Below, piece after piece: positions 1 through 12,607 of a stretch of DNA of 64,000 nt; position 1 is the first letter of the stretch, and each line of letters opens with the position of its first letter. Origin of the DNA: Okamejei kenojei. Its lineage: Eukaryota. The notes beneath the pieces were generated by a model. The model made no database searches. It was not told where the DNA came from and saw nothing but the letters and a program-made list of their open reading frames with translations. Position numbers and translations under genes: made by a program. The DNA is taken from positions 36,022,001 to 36,086,000 of the forward strand of contig CM069156.1 of NCBI GenBank assembly GCA_035221665.1. Direction: 5' to 3'.

Positions 1-117
1 GGCAGGGGAATGGGGGTTGAGAGGGAAAGCTAGATCAGCCATGATTGAATGGCGGAGTAGACTCGTTGAGCCAAATGGCCTAATCATTCTCTTCAGTCTT
101 ATAATTTATTAACTCAA

Positions 118-400
118 GGGCGGCACGGTGGCGCAGCGGTAGAGTTGCTGCCTCACCGCGCCAGAGGCCCGGGTTCCATCCTGACTACGGGTTCTGCCTG
201 TACAGAGTTTGCACGTTCTCCCCGTGACCTGCGTGGGTTTTCTCCGGGTGCTCCAGTTTCCTCCCACACTCCAAAGACGTGCAGGTTCGTAGGCTAATTG
301 GCTTGGTATAATAATAATAATAATAATAAACGATTCCTAGTGTGTGTAGGGTAGTGCTAGTGTACAGGGACTGCCGGTCAGCGTGGGCTGAAGGGCCCAG
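118..400 (+). mobile_element. tRNA-derived V-SINE (HE1-like); more than 20 copies across the window on both strands
   Basis: GGGCGGCACGGTGGCGCAGCGGTAG A-box, GGTTC(C/G)ATCC B-box, V-domain GAGTTTG.ACGTTCTCCCCGTG...GGTTTCCTCCCAC and a CR1-like tail. Confidence 0.85.
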
Positions 401-1569
401 CTATGCCACTCATATTTTTACATCCTCCTCACTTTGAACATTTTTTTTTTGTTTCTGGAAATGTTTGTGACGCGTAGTTGATCAAGAAGGGACGAGAGGC
501 CATGTGATAATAACTCCAGAGGGATGGCCAACACGGGATGACATCTCGTGAGCCGAATCTATCAGACAGACCCATCTGCTCCTCGCAATTAAACAGTCAG
601 CTGCTGCAAACCAGCTATTTATATTCAGACCGTTCAGGCATTCAGCTTGATTAAGATTTGTTAAACAGCTCAGTTTGTGGTGAGCATCATTTGTTGACAG
701 CACATTGCAGGCCACATGCCTGATGAGTTAAGGGGGCGCAGCGGTAGAGTTGCTGCCTCACAGCGCCAGAGGCCCGGGTTCCATCCTGACTCCAGGTTCT
801 GGCTGTACAGAGCTTGTGCGTTCTCCCCGTGACCTGCGTGGGTTTTCTCCGGGTGCTCCGGTTTCCTCCCACACTCCAAAGACGTGCAGGTTCGTGGGCT
901 AATTGGCTTGGTATAATAGTAAATTATCCCTAGTGTGTGTGTAGGATAGTGCTAGTGTACAGGGATCGCTGGTCGGCACGGACCTGGTGGGCCGTAGGGC
1001 CGGTTTCCGCGCTGTGTCTCCAAACCGAACTAAACTAAACTAATTTCAGAGGTTGAGGCTTTAGCAGGACAAAGAGCAGGTGTCAACAGTGGAGCAGTTA
1101 AACTCAGGAATGTTCAAGAGATCAGGACTAGTGGACAATGGAAGGGAAGTCGACCTTTATAACCTGGACCTAAAATCAACTGTGTTTGACCTGCCCAGAA
1201 AGCAAAAAGCTTTTCACTGCAGCTTAGTCCACGAGACGCTAACAAACTCGTCAAGAGTCAGGTCAAGAGTGTTTTACTGTCATAGAACAGAAAGAGAACG
1301 ATGAAATCCTTACTTGCAGCAGGTGAGGACAACAGATTACGTAAACACAGTACTCTGTAAAACCCATAATAAACAACAACAAAGTTCCGTTTATATTAAA
1401 AAAACAAACGGACAAATAAATGAACAATAGTAATGCTAAACTCAACTAAGACACGTGGCTTTGTAGGTTAATTGGCCTTTGTAAATTGCCCATAATGTTT
1501 AGGGAGTGAATGAGAAAGTGGGATCACATACAACTGGTGTGTTGTTAGATGAAGCGTTTGTTGGCACTA

Positions 1570-2990
1570 GGCCTGTGCTCGACATCCTCGAGTTTAGGAG
1601 GATGAGGGGGAACCTCATTGAAACTTACCAAATAGTGAAAGGCCTGGATAGAGAGGATGTGGAGAGGATGTTTCCACTCGTGGGAGAGTCTAGGACTAGA
1701 GGTCACAGCCTCAGAATTAATGGACGTTCCTTTCGAAAGGAGATGAGGAGAAATTTCTTTAGCCAGAGGGTGGTGAATCTGTGGAATTCTTTGCCACAGA
1801 AGTGCCGTGGAGGCCAAGTCAGTGGATATTTTTAAGGCAGAGATTGATCAATTCTTGATTGATTCTTGATTCTTAATTTGGTGTCAAGGGTTTTGGGGAG
1901 AAGGCAGGAGAATGGAGTTAGGGGGGAGAGATAGATCAGCCATGATTGGATGGCAGAGTAGATTTAATGGGCCGAATGGCCTAATTCTGCTCCAATCACT
2001 TGTGACATTATGACCAAACTAATGTGAAGGGATGAATGATGCTCAGAATGGACTCAATGGGCCGAAGGGTACCTTGGTGATCCTCCTAGAATCCGGCATG
2101 ACTCTGGGGAATTTGCAAAGTTTAACTGATAAAGAAGGCCTTCATTGGTCGGGGCACTGAATATAAGAATCAGGAAGTCAGGATGCAGCTTTACGGGACT
2201 TTGGTTAGGCCGCATTTGGAGCATTGCGTGCAGTTCTGGTCGCCCCCATTACAGGAAGGACGTGGAGGCTTTGCAGAGGGTGCAGAGGAGGTTTACCAGA
2301 ACGATGCCTGGAGTAGAGGCCTCCAGCTACAGGGGGAGGTTGGACAGACTTGGGTTGTGTTCTACAGAATGCTGGAGGTTGAGGGGAGACCTGATAGAAG
2401 TGTATAAAATTATAAGAGGCACTGATGTGGTGGACATGCAGTCAGAACCGTTTTCCCAGGATGGAAATACCAGAGGGCACAGCTCTAAGGTGAGAGGGGG
2501 AAATTTTGAAGGAGATATGTGGGGAAAGTGTTTTTTACACAGAGGGTGGTGAGTGCCTGGAATGCGCTGCCGGGGGGTGGTGGTGGAGGCAGATACCACA
2601 GTGGCATTTAAGAGACTTTTGGATGGGCACATGGATACGCAGGGAATGGAGGGATATGGATCATATGCAGGCAGAGAAGAGTTGGTCTTGGCATCATGTT
2701 CGCCACAGACAGTGGAATTCTCTGCCCCAGAGGGCGGTGGAGGCCGGTTCTCTGGATGCTTTCAAGAGAGAGCTGGATAGGGCTCTTAAAAATAGCGGAG
2801 TCAGGGGATATGGGGAGAAGGCAGGAACGGGGTACTGATTGGGGATGATCAGCCATGATCACATTGAATGGCGGTGCTGGCTCGAAGGGCCGAATGGCCT
2901 ACTCCTGCACCTATTGTGTATTGTCTATTGTCTGTTGTCTATTGACATTGTGGGCCGAAGGGCCTGTTCCCGTTGATCTATGGTCTATGT
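1570..2990 (+). mobile_element. Cluster of nested CR1 3' fragments of several families
   Basis: ORFs with MRGNLIETY..., LVRPHLEHCVQFWSP and WNSLPQ. CR1 3' tails gggccgaatggcct. Confidence 0.8.
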
Positions 2991-3633
2991 TATCACCGGA
3001 GCAGACTCTTCAAAGACAGACCCCCATGTGCTGATGAAGGGTTTATTTTACAGCGATTCACATTCATGACCTGCCATTTGTTTCCATCAGAAAACATTGG
3101 CACAAACCACCGGGCTGCTGAACTGAATCAGGCTGGATGCCCATCATGCTGAATATAAATAACTGATTAGGGCAGCAGACTGTTTAGTTGAGATGAGCAG
3201 ATGCGTCTGTGAGGCAGATGTATCTGCTGATGCATGGGTCAACATTAAACTTCTCAGCCTTGCAAATCCCTACCACAGCCCCCTCCCATCCCCTTTTGTA
3301 GTACCCCCTTTTGTGGTTCACTCCTCTTGTCCTGACCTCCCACCCATTCCCATGTCTAACTGGTCCACAGAAATAAAGTCATAGACTCATCTAAAATAGA
3401 AACAGGCTCTTCTGCCCAACTTTCCAACGCAAACCAACATGGCCCATCTACACTAGTCCCGCCTGCCCGTGTTTGGCCCATATCCCTCTAAACATTTCCT
3501 ATCCGCGTACCTGTCTTTTAAATCCTGTTATAATCCCTGCTTCACCTACCTCCCCTGGCTGCTCGCTCCATACACCCACCAGTCGTTAAACCAGTTAATT
3601 CCAGTAACTTTCCCACCTTCCAAGTTAAGATTA

Positions 3634-3945
3634 CGGGCCTGTCCCACTTGCCGATTTTTTTTTTTGGGCAACTGCCGGCGACTGTCATAGTCGTAGCAGA
3701 CCATCGAAAAACCGGCGGCAGCCTACGTCATCCTGGCGGCAGCGTGCGACAGCACCTACGTCAGGAGAAGTCCAGCTACGCTCACTGGCGTCAAGCCCAC
3801 TAATGCCAAAAAATGTTCAACATGTTGAAAATTCAACAGCGACCAGAAAGTGGCAACGACTTTTTGCGCGACTGAGGAGACGACTCCCAGCAACCACCGG
3901 CGAACATGTGGTCGCCTAAAAAATCGCCCAAGTGGGACAGGCCCA
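3634..3945. mobile_element. PIF/Harbinger-type MITE
   Basis: TIR GGGCCTGTCCCACTTG with TTA/TAA flanks. Confidence 0.75.
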
Positions 3946-4815
3946 TAACTGATGTCATTATTTGCTTGAAAAGCAAAGAACCTGGGGCAGTTTACGATGT
4001 CCAAGTTGCTACATAAATGCAAATTGTCGGTGCACAGCATCTGCAGAGAACATGGATGGGCTACGTTTCGGAGTATCGCGATGTCATTCTGACCCGTATT
4101 GTCGCTTATCCATGTCCTCCACAGATGCTTCCTGACCCGCTGAGTTGCTCCAGCATTTTGTGTCTTAAAAAGGAATTAATAAAATGTGCTTATACAGAAT
4201 CTCTCTTAGGTTAAGGGGAATAGATCGGGACGGTGCTCAGAATGCTTTACCCAGAGTAGGGGAACTAAGAACCAGAGGGCGGCACGGTGGCGCAGCGGTA
4301 GAGTTGCTGCCTCACAGCGCCGGAGACCCGGGTTCCATCCTGACTACGGGTGCTGTCTGTACGAAGTTTGCACGTTCTCCCCGTGACCTGCGTGGGTTTC
4401 CTCCCACACTCCAAAGACGTACAGGTTTGTCGGTTAATTGGCTTGGTATAAATGTAAATTGGCCCTAGTGTGTGGAGGATGGTGTTAGTGTGCGGGGATC
4501 GCTGGGCGGCTCGGAATCCACAGCCAGACATAAAAGCATCTTTTTTCCACAAGCAGTAGCTCTACTCAATTACAAAACGTCTGTTGCCTCCTTTTGCTCT
4601 GGTATTTTATTTCATTCACATGTTTAAACCATAATGTTTTATTCCTAATGTTTAAATGTTTAATGTTTTATTCTTAATTGTTTCCTGTATGTCGTGTTGT
4701 TACTTGCGAGCGGAGCACCAAGGCAAATTCCTTGTATGTGTGCATACTTGACATGTGTACATGTGTTCATTCTCTCTCGCTGACACTGACGTTGGTTTTC
4801 ATTCGTCCTTTCCAG

Positions 4816-4929
4816 TGAGAGCCTGTCGAGCTTGTCAAAGACTCCCGAGAGTGGCCAGATATCGCCGGACATCAAGTGGGAAACATCGTCTAACCCCAGC
4901 TCGCCTGAAATGGGCCCCAACAAGGAGAG
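4816..4929 (+). CDS. RAP1GAP2: RAP1GAP2-like, internal coding exon (ESLSSLSKTPESGQISPDIKWETSSNPSSPEMGPNKE)
   Basis: Acceptor tttccag| at 4815 and donor |gtacgt at 4930, phase 2/2. The peptide matches the recalled RAP1GAP2 C-terminal region KTPDGGHSSQEIKSETSSNPSSPEICPNKE. Orthology versus a -like paralog is not resolved. Confidence 0.85.
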
Positions 4930-7241
4930 GTACGTTCAAGGGAGCTCTGGTTTCCTCCCACACTCCAAAGGCGTGCAGGTTTGTAGATTAATTGGCTTCT
5001 GTTAGATGTAAATTGGCCCTTGTGTGTAGGATAGTGCTAGTCGGTGCAGTCGGGGATCGCTGGTCGGTGCAGGCCCGGTGGCCAAAGGGCCTGTTTCCGC
5101 GCTGCATCTCCAAACCCTAAGGTCCAGAGTCAAGATGTACCAGATAGGAAGAATGAATTGTTGTAGGTTTATGGCCATACTGGGCACGGCAACAACAAAC
5201 ATGGGGAGGAATCTCTTCAGTCAGAGGGCGGTGAATCTGTGGAATTCATTGCCACAGGCGGATACGGAGGCCAAGTCAGTGGATATTTTTAAAGTGGAAA
5301 TTGATAGGTTCAGTAAGATTGTGGAGATTGATCAATAAGTGTGTCAAACCAGCATCTGCAGTTACTTCCTACACATTCTGGACTGTTCTCCGTTCTTGTA
5401 GCTAGCGGCAACAGTCAACACTGTGATCTCCACCGTCTATGAGTGGATGTACCAATACCGGGTGACTGTTGTAGTTGCCCGAGTCTAATAGTGAACAGTG
5501 AAAGGCCTGGATAGAGTAGATGTGGACAGGATGTTTCCACTCACGGGAGAATCTTGGACCAGAGGCCATTGCCTCAGAATTAAAGGAAGTTCCTTTAGGA
5601 AGGAGCTGAGGTGGATTTCTTTAGTCAGAGGGTGGTGAATCTGTGGAATTCATTGCCACAGACGGCTGTGGAGGCCTAAGTCAATGGATATATTTAAGGC
5701 AGAGATAGGTTTAGTTTAGTTTGGAGATACAGCATGGAAACAGGCCCTTTGGCCTACCGAGTCCATGCCAAACCAGCGATCCCCGCATAATAACACTACC
5801 CTATACACACTAGGGACAATTTTACATTTATACCAAGCCAATTAACCTACAAAACCTGTACGTCTTTGGAGTGTGGGAGGAAACCAAAGATCTCGGAGAA
5901 AACCCACGCAGGCCACAGAGAGAACGTGTAAACGTGTACAGACAGCACCCATAGTTAGGGTCAAACCCGGGTCTCTGGCGTTACAAGCGCTGTAAGGCAA
6001 CTGCTGTACCGCCCTTTTAAGGACATTTGGTCAGGTAAATGGATAGGAAAGGTTTATAGGGATAAGGGCCAAATGCAGGCAGGTGGGACTAGAGGCATCT
6101 TGGACGGCGTGGGGGGGGTAGGCCGAATGGTCTGGTTTCCACGCTGTATGACTCTATGATAAAATATTCAGCGACATTACCGAATCTCCTCAGACCCATT
6201 CTAGTCACACAAATACACGGCTCTCTCTTTATCCTTAGTTCTGTACTCTGTTCCATCATCGGTGGCATATGTCACGGCACGCTGCGTGGCCAAGTGTTTG
6301 ATCGTGAAATGTTCCCATCTGAGTCACTTCCCATCACCATCATCCCCAACCTCCGAATCATCTACCATGAAGCATGCGCGAGCCATCTGCTGGGCTCCAG
6401 CCTGGTTCCGCTGCTCCATCCCCACACACAAGTTCCCTGGCCGGCTCTGTATTTAACATCCAATGCTCGTTGCCCCAGATAAGGCGGTGATGTGCTGCAT
6501 TTTATGAAGTGCTGCCTCCCTTCCGCTGAAGGTGTTGCCCCAAAGAGCAGAGTGGAGGAGTTCCAATGGCCAATGGACAATAGACAATATTGTAGGCTAT
6601 TTAGCCCTATTCAATGTGATCATGGCTGATCATCCACAATCAGTACCCCGTTCCTGCCTTCTCCCCATAACCCCTGACTCCACTATTTTTAAGAGCCCTA
6701 TCTAGCTCTCTCTTGAAAGATTCAGAGAACCGGCCTCCACCGCCCTCTGAGGCAGAGAATTCCACAGACTCACCACTCTCTATGTGAAAAAGTGTTTTCT
6801 CATCTCCATTCGCAATGCCCGCCTTGCCCACACCGACCAACATGCCCCATCTCCACCAGTCCCTCATGCCTGCGTTTGGCCCATGTCCCGCTAAACCTGT
6901 CCAATCCCTGTACCTATCTAATGTTCTTAACCATTGTGATAGTACCTGCCTCAACTCCTCCTCTGGCAGCTCGTTCCATACACTCACCACCCTCTGAGTG
7001 AAAATGTTGCCCCTCAAGATTCCCATACCCTGGGTTAAAATTGCATTCCACCCTATCTATTCCACCTGTGATTTATACACGTCTATAGGATCATTCCTCA
7101 GCCTCCTGTGCTCTATGGAATAAAATCCTTGTCTGCCTAACCTCTTCCCTCAGTTCAGCAGCTCCAGACTGGTCTCTCTTTTTCTCTGTCTTTCTATTTC
7201 TCTCTCTCGTTCTCCCTGTCTCTATCTGCCTCTTTCACTCT

Positions 7242-7389
7242 NNNNNNNNNNNNNNNNNNNNNNNNNNNNNNNNNNNNNNNNNNNNNNNNNNNNNNNNNNN
7301 NNNNNNNNNNNNNNNNNNNNNNNNNNNNNNNNNNNNNNNNNNNNNNNNNNNNNNNNNNNNNNNNNNNNNNNNNNNNNNNNNNNNNNNNN
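7242..7389. other. Assembly gap (148 N) within a CT-rich microsatellite
   Basis: Run of N. Confidence 0.99.
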
Positions 7390-7692
7390 TCCCCTCTTTC
7401 CCTCACCCTCCTCCCTCACTCTCACGCTCCCCCCTCTTTCTCCCTCTCATTCCCCCTCTTGCTCCCTCCCTCTCTCCCTTTTCTCCCTTTCCCCCCTCTC
7501 TCTCCTCCTTTCCTCTCTCTCTCTCTCTCTCCCTCTCTCCTACTCTCTTCCTCTCTCCCTCTTACCCCCCCCCCCCCCACAACTCTCGGACTGAGCCCCT
7601 GACCCATCCCTGCCCTGCCCTCCCAGAGCTGGGCTTCCCCCCCTCCCTCCCTCCACCCCAGGCATCTCACGCTGTTCCCCGTCGCCCAGCAG

Positions 7693-7810
7693 GGCCTACA
7701 TCAAGCGGCGGGAGAACGGCCGGGCCAACATCTCGCGCTCCTCCTCCAGCACCAGCAGCTTCAGCAGCACGGCAGGCGAGAGTGAGGCCATGGAGGAATA
7801 CGACACTGCC
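7693..7810 (+). CDS. RAP1GAP2: RAP1GAP2-like exon (RAYIKRRENGRANISRSSSSTSSFSSTAGESEAMEEYDTA)
   Basis: cagcag| tandem acceptor and |gtgagt donor, phase 2/0. Matches RAP1GAP2 KENGRAISRSSSSTSSVSSTAGEGEAMEE. Confidence 0.9.
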
Positions 7811-7820
7811 GTGAGTACTG

Positions 7821-8545
7821 CGGGCTGGGCTGGGATGGGATGGGCTGGGATGAGATGGGATGGGCTGGGATGGAATGGGCTGGGATGGGATGGGATGGGC
7901 TGGGATGGGCTGGGATGGGATGGGATGGGATGGGCTGGGATGGGCTGGGGGATGGGATGGAATGGAATGGGCTGGGATGGAATGGGCTGGGATGGAATGG
8001 GCTGGGATGGGATGGGATGGGATGGGCTGGGATGGGATGGGCTGGGATGGGGTGGGATGGGCTGGGATGGAATGGGCTGGGATGGAATGGGCTGGGATGG
8101 AATGGGCTGGGATGGAATGGGCTGGGATGGAATGGGCTGGGATGGGCTGGGATGGGATGGGCTGGGATGGGATGGGATGGGCTGGGATGGAATGGGATGG
8201 GATGGGCTGGGATGGAATGGGCTGGGATGGAATGGGCTGGGATGGATTGGGCTGGGATGGATTGGGCTGGGATGGAATGGGCTGGGATGGAATGGGCTGG
8301 GATGGATTGGGCTGGGATGGAATGGGCTGGGATGGGCTGGGCTGGGCTGGAATGGGCTGGGCTGGAATGGGCTGGGATGGATTGGGCTGGGATGGAATGG
8401 GCTGGGATGGGCTGGGCTGGGCTGGAATGGGCTGGGATGGATTGGGCTGGGATGGGCTGGGCTGGGATGGATTGGGCTGGAATGCAATGGGCTGGGATGG
8501 ATTGGGCTGGGATGGATTGGGCTGGAATGCAATGGGCTGGGATGA
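7821..8545. repeat. Pentameric satellite (GGATG/GGCTG/GGAAT)n starting 10 bp after a RAP1GAP2-like donor site
   Basis: Directly visible tandem 5-mers. Explains the GW-rich and HPSP-rich ORFs. Confidence 0.95.
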
Positions 8546-8822
8546 CGATGGATGGGATGAGTCAACACTGTGATCTCCACCGTCTATGAGTCCAATCAGA
8601 GTGGATGTACCCGAGTTGAATAGTGAACAGTGAAGGGCCTGGATAGAGTGGATGTGTAGAGAATGTTTCCACTAGCGGGAGAGTCTAGAGGTCACAGCTC
8701 CTCAGAATTGAAGGACGTTCCTTTAGGAAGGAGATGAGGTGGAATTTCTTTAGAATGTGGTGAATCTGTGGGATTCATTGCCACAGGTGGCTGTGGAGGC
8801 CAAGACGGTGGATATATTTAAG

Positions 8823-9849
8823 TAGGTACGTTACAAAACTTACCTTCAGTGGCGCTGCAGTTCTGCCACTGGCCGTGTGCGTGACTTTGGCGTGTTTGAG
8901 AGGGGGGCGGGTTTAAAATGCGTTTTTTCTTCAGACTATTCAAATCGATTCTGAACAGGCTGTTTAGTTGCTGAAGAAAAATCGCTTTGACTGCCGTTTT
9001 ATTAAGTTTATTAAAATTAGCGCTGGATAATTTAATAGCAGGAGTAAAATTAAAATCATTTTCTAATGAAGTCAACGCTGACAACGGGTCGGATCTCACG
9101 TAGGGGACAAGGCAAGGTACACCGTTTATTTTTTCATATAAACTTGCTCCTTAGGATGCCTTTAATCAAAATTTCACGTTGCGAAAAGGCGACTTAGGAA
9201 AGATACGAACCGGCAGTGTTTTTCCTGCCGATATGGGGTTTAAATTCACCGCAACAGCAACGTGCCAAACGATCGCGCTCCATAAAATCCCACTCGCAAG
9301 ATGATTTAAATGCCCATTAATTTACGGGAATTAAACACTAAATTCCTTCCATTTGGCTATAAATTCATGACAATGAGATTTAAAATCATGTTATATTGTG
9401 AATGTTATTTGGACATTTAAGCTATTTAAAAATGTTAACCTTTTCTTAAGAAATGGATAGATGTTTAGGTCTAGTAATTGAATTTTGTAATTAGCTACAA
9501 TTAGGTAACTAGCTAATTATATGCTTTAATTTCAGGTCATCCAAGTAAGATTGTTTCATATTTGTTTCAGAATGCTTCAATCTATAATAACTGAAAATTT
9601 CATTCAGTTCTCTTAATTTTTAAGAAAGTTATGGGCTTTTGACTGTCATCAATCACAACTTTTGTGTTAAGTCAATAGAAAAGCAATAGGGAACAAGATA
9701 CTCATTTCCGAGTATGAAAATGGCCATAACTTTTTTAATACTGAAGATATGAAAGTGAATTAGGTGTCAAATTAAACTTTTTATGCTTTATCTGAAGGGA
9801 TAAATTGCAGACTTCATTTTTAAAATCTCAAAATTTTGTAACATTGCTA
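8823..9849. mobile_element. Non-autonomous DNA transposon (hAT-like), ~1 kb, AT-rich
   Basis: Imperfect TIRs TAGGTACGTTACAAAA / TTTTGTAACATTGCTA. 7-bp TSD ATTTAAG (8816-8822 and 9850-9856) inside a CR1. Confidence 0.75.
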
Positions 9850-9969
9850 ATTTAAGGCAGAGATTGATAGATTCTCGATTAATCTGGGTGACAGGGTTTC
9901 TGGAGAGAAGGCAGGAGAATGGGGTTAGGAGGGAGAGATAGATCAGTCATGATTGAATGGCGGAGTAGA

Positions 9970-10002
<33 letters not shown>

Positions 10003-10521
10003 TTTATTACGGACTCAAGGTCCAGACAAGGGGCAACATTACATTAAAAAATGCATTGCATCTCAAATATCATAAATATATATAAAATCATGGTAAATCA
10101 CATAAAAACATCATAATTTATATATTTTTAAAAAAACCCACAATACTTAAGTTAAAAATCCAGAGTAGCAAATGATCAATGTCGTACAACGAGACAACGA
10201 TACCAGTGTCTCCACAGCTGGGATTCGTAGCGTGTAGTGCTAACCCTTATGTTTGTCAAGGCCACAATAAGCTCATTTTTAGAGTCATTTATCCTGCAAA
10301 TGAATTTATACATGTGGTGTCTTAGGATAGCTTCTAGAGTACTGACTCCTGCAGCCACAAACATATTACTGGCACTACACCATCTTGGTTGCCTTAGCAG
10401 TGTTCTCATGGCATCGTTATATGCCACCTTTAGTCTCTGCATACTTGTCTTTAAATAGTTCGACCACAGGTGCGCAGTGTAGAGGGGTGTGCAGTATGCT
10501 CTAAATAGCGACATCTTCACC
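9970..10521 (-). mobile_element. 3' fragment of an RTE-X-like non-LTR retrotransposon with AATAAA and a (TTA)n tail
   Basis: ORF LFRAYCTPLYTAHLW...LKVAYNDAMR.LL..PRWCSAS.MF. Interrupts a CR1 3' end at agtaga^cttgatggg. Confidence 0.65.
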
Positions 10522-10614
10522 ACTTGATGGGCCGAATGGCTTAATTCTGTTCCTAACATTTATGACCTTATGAACATGAACGTTTGAGTGCTGACGGTTC
10601 CTCTGTCCCTGCAG

Positions 10615-10720
10615 GGAAGCCAGCCGTCCACAGCATCGCCTTTCCGACAGGATGTCTTTGTGTACAGCAGTGAAAGCCAGTGCAGCTCGGGTCAAGTCAG
10701 CTCATGCAAGAGTCCCACAG
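10615..10720 (+). CDS. RAP1GAP2: RAP1GAP2-like exon (GSQPSTASPFRQDVFVYSSESQCSSGQVSSCKSPT)
   Basis: ccctgcag| acceptor and |gtctgt donor, phase 0/1. Matches GSQPSTTSPFKQEVFVYS...SRSPT. Confidence 0.88.
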
Positions 10721-12607
10721 GTCTGTACCCTGCCCATCGCACCGTCACACCCTGCACTGCTGCAGGGCCAACCAAGGGGGCTTCTTTTATTCTTCATTCA
10801 CTTTAGAGATTCAGCGCAGAAGGCCTCTTCAGTCTGCAGAAGGGTCATGTATTCTGTGGGCCGAAGAGCCTGTTTCCATGCTGTGTATCTGATCTAAACT
10901 CTAAATCAGGTCTTCCTGCCTTTCACTGTTCGTATCCCCCTTGTTGTCACCTCTTCCTCAGCCAACAATGGACCATTGTGGCCTCCACATTTCCTCGAAT
11001 ATCGTTGCTGGCTTTCATTTGTCCTTTTGCATACTTTTCATTCATTTGCTCTTTGTAACTTTTCACACCGCTAGTTTCCCTCTGCCCTGACTCTCAGTCT
11101 GAAGGGTCTCAACCTGAAACGTGCTCCTACAACCTACAAAAGTACAAACTAAAAATATTAAAAATGTTAGACATGGCTATAATATTCTGACTTAAGCTTA
11201 ATGGCAACTGTTGTCCTGAGATTCTGCCTGACCCGCTGAGTTACTCCAGCATTTTATACCAATTATTGCATTTTTATGTGAGCTATGAGTGTGCTGACTC
11301 TCAAGACTATTCTGTGCTATTTATTCACTTTGACACCATCCACCCTCACACTTTGTTTAGCTCTTTCTTCTACGTACGATCGTAGGTGATAGTAGCAGAA
11401 TTAGGCCATTCGACCCATCTAGTCTTCTTCGCCACTCAATCATGGCTGATCTATCTCTCCCTCCTATCCCCATTCTCCTGCCTTCTCCCCATAACCCCTG
11501 ACACCCGTGCTAATCTATAATCTATCTCTGCCTTAAATATATCCAATGGCTTGGCCTCCACAGCCTTCTGTGGCAAAGAATCCCAGATTCGCCACCCTCT
11601 CACTAAAGAAATTCCTCCTCATCTCCTTCCTAAAGGAACGTCTACAGGACACATCTTTGTGACCACATCCATTATCTTGTCTTTGCTGTTCAGAATCTCT
11701 GACGAGTTGCACACTTATAGAATGTAGAGCAAGGTTGATGAGGGCAAGGCCATAGACGTTGTCTATATGGGCCTCGGCAGGGCCTTGGATAAGTTTCAGC
11801 ATGGTAGGCTGCTCTGGAAGGTTAGATCGCATGGGTTCCAGGGAGAGCGAGCTGACTGGATAGAGAATTGGCTTTGTGGAAGGAAGCAGAGCGTGGTGGT
11901 GGGAAGTTGTTTTTCAGGCCTATGATTAGAGGTATCGGTGCTGGGCCCATTGCTGTTTGTGGTTGGTATCCGTGATTTGGACGCGAATCGTTGATATCCA
12001 CGAGGAGGATGACACTAAAGTGTGCGGTATCGTAAATGGAGAAGATGGTTGTCAAAAATCACAGCAGGATCTTGATCAGTTGGGCAAGTGGGGCAAGGAA
12101 TGGTTGATGGAGTGGAATGCAAATAAGTGTCGTGTGTTACGTTCTGGGGCGTCAAACTGGGGCAGGACCTACACAGTGAATGGTCGGGCTCCTGGTATCT
12201 CGGGGTAAGCCTGGGCAAGTTGGCCTGTGTCCGTGCTGCATGACTCTATTACAGTACAGCACAGGAACAGGCCCGTCGGCCCACACTGTCTGTGCCCAAC
12301 ATGATGCCAAGACCAACTCTTATCTGCCCGCACGCAATCCACGTCCCTCCACTCCCTGCACATCCATGGGCCTATTCAAAAGTCTCTGAAACGCCACTGT
12401 CATATCTGCGTCCGCCACCACCCCCGGCTAGAGTGGGTTATTCATCACAAAATGCATTCCTTCTGATTTTTTAATTTGGTTTAGTTTAGAGATACAGCAC
12501 GGAAACAGGCCCTTTGTCCCATTGAGTCCAAACCGACCGTTGATTCCCGCACATTAACACTATTCTACTCACACCAAAGACAATTTGCAAGTTTACCAAG
12601 TCAATTG

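Noticed and set aside
118-190. tRNA-like sequences with A and B boxes
   Set aside because: They are SINE heads that continue into the V-domain, with no complete cloverleaf.
7696-8589. Long GW-rich and HPSP-rich ORFs (237-294 aa)
   Set aside because: Translations of a pentamer satellite. The real exon ends at the gt donor at 7811.
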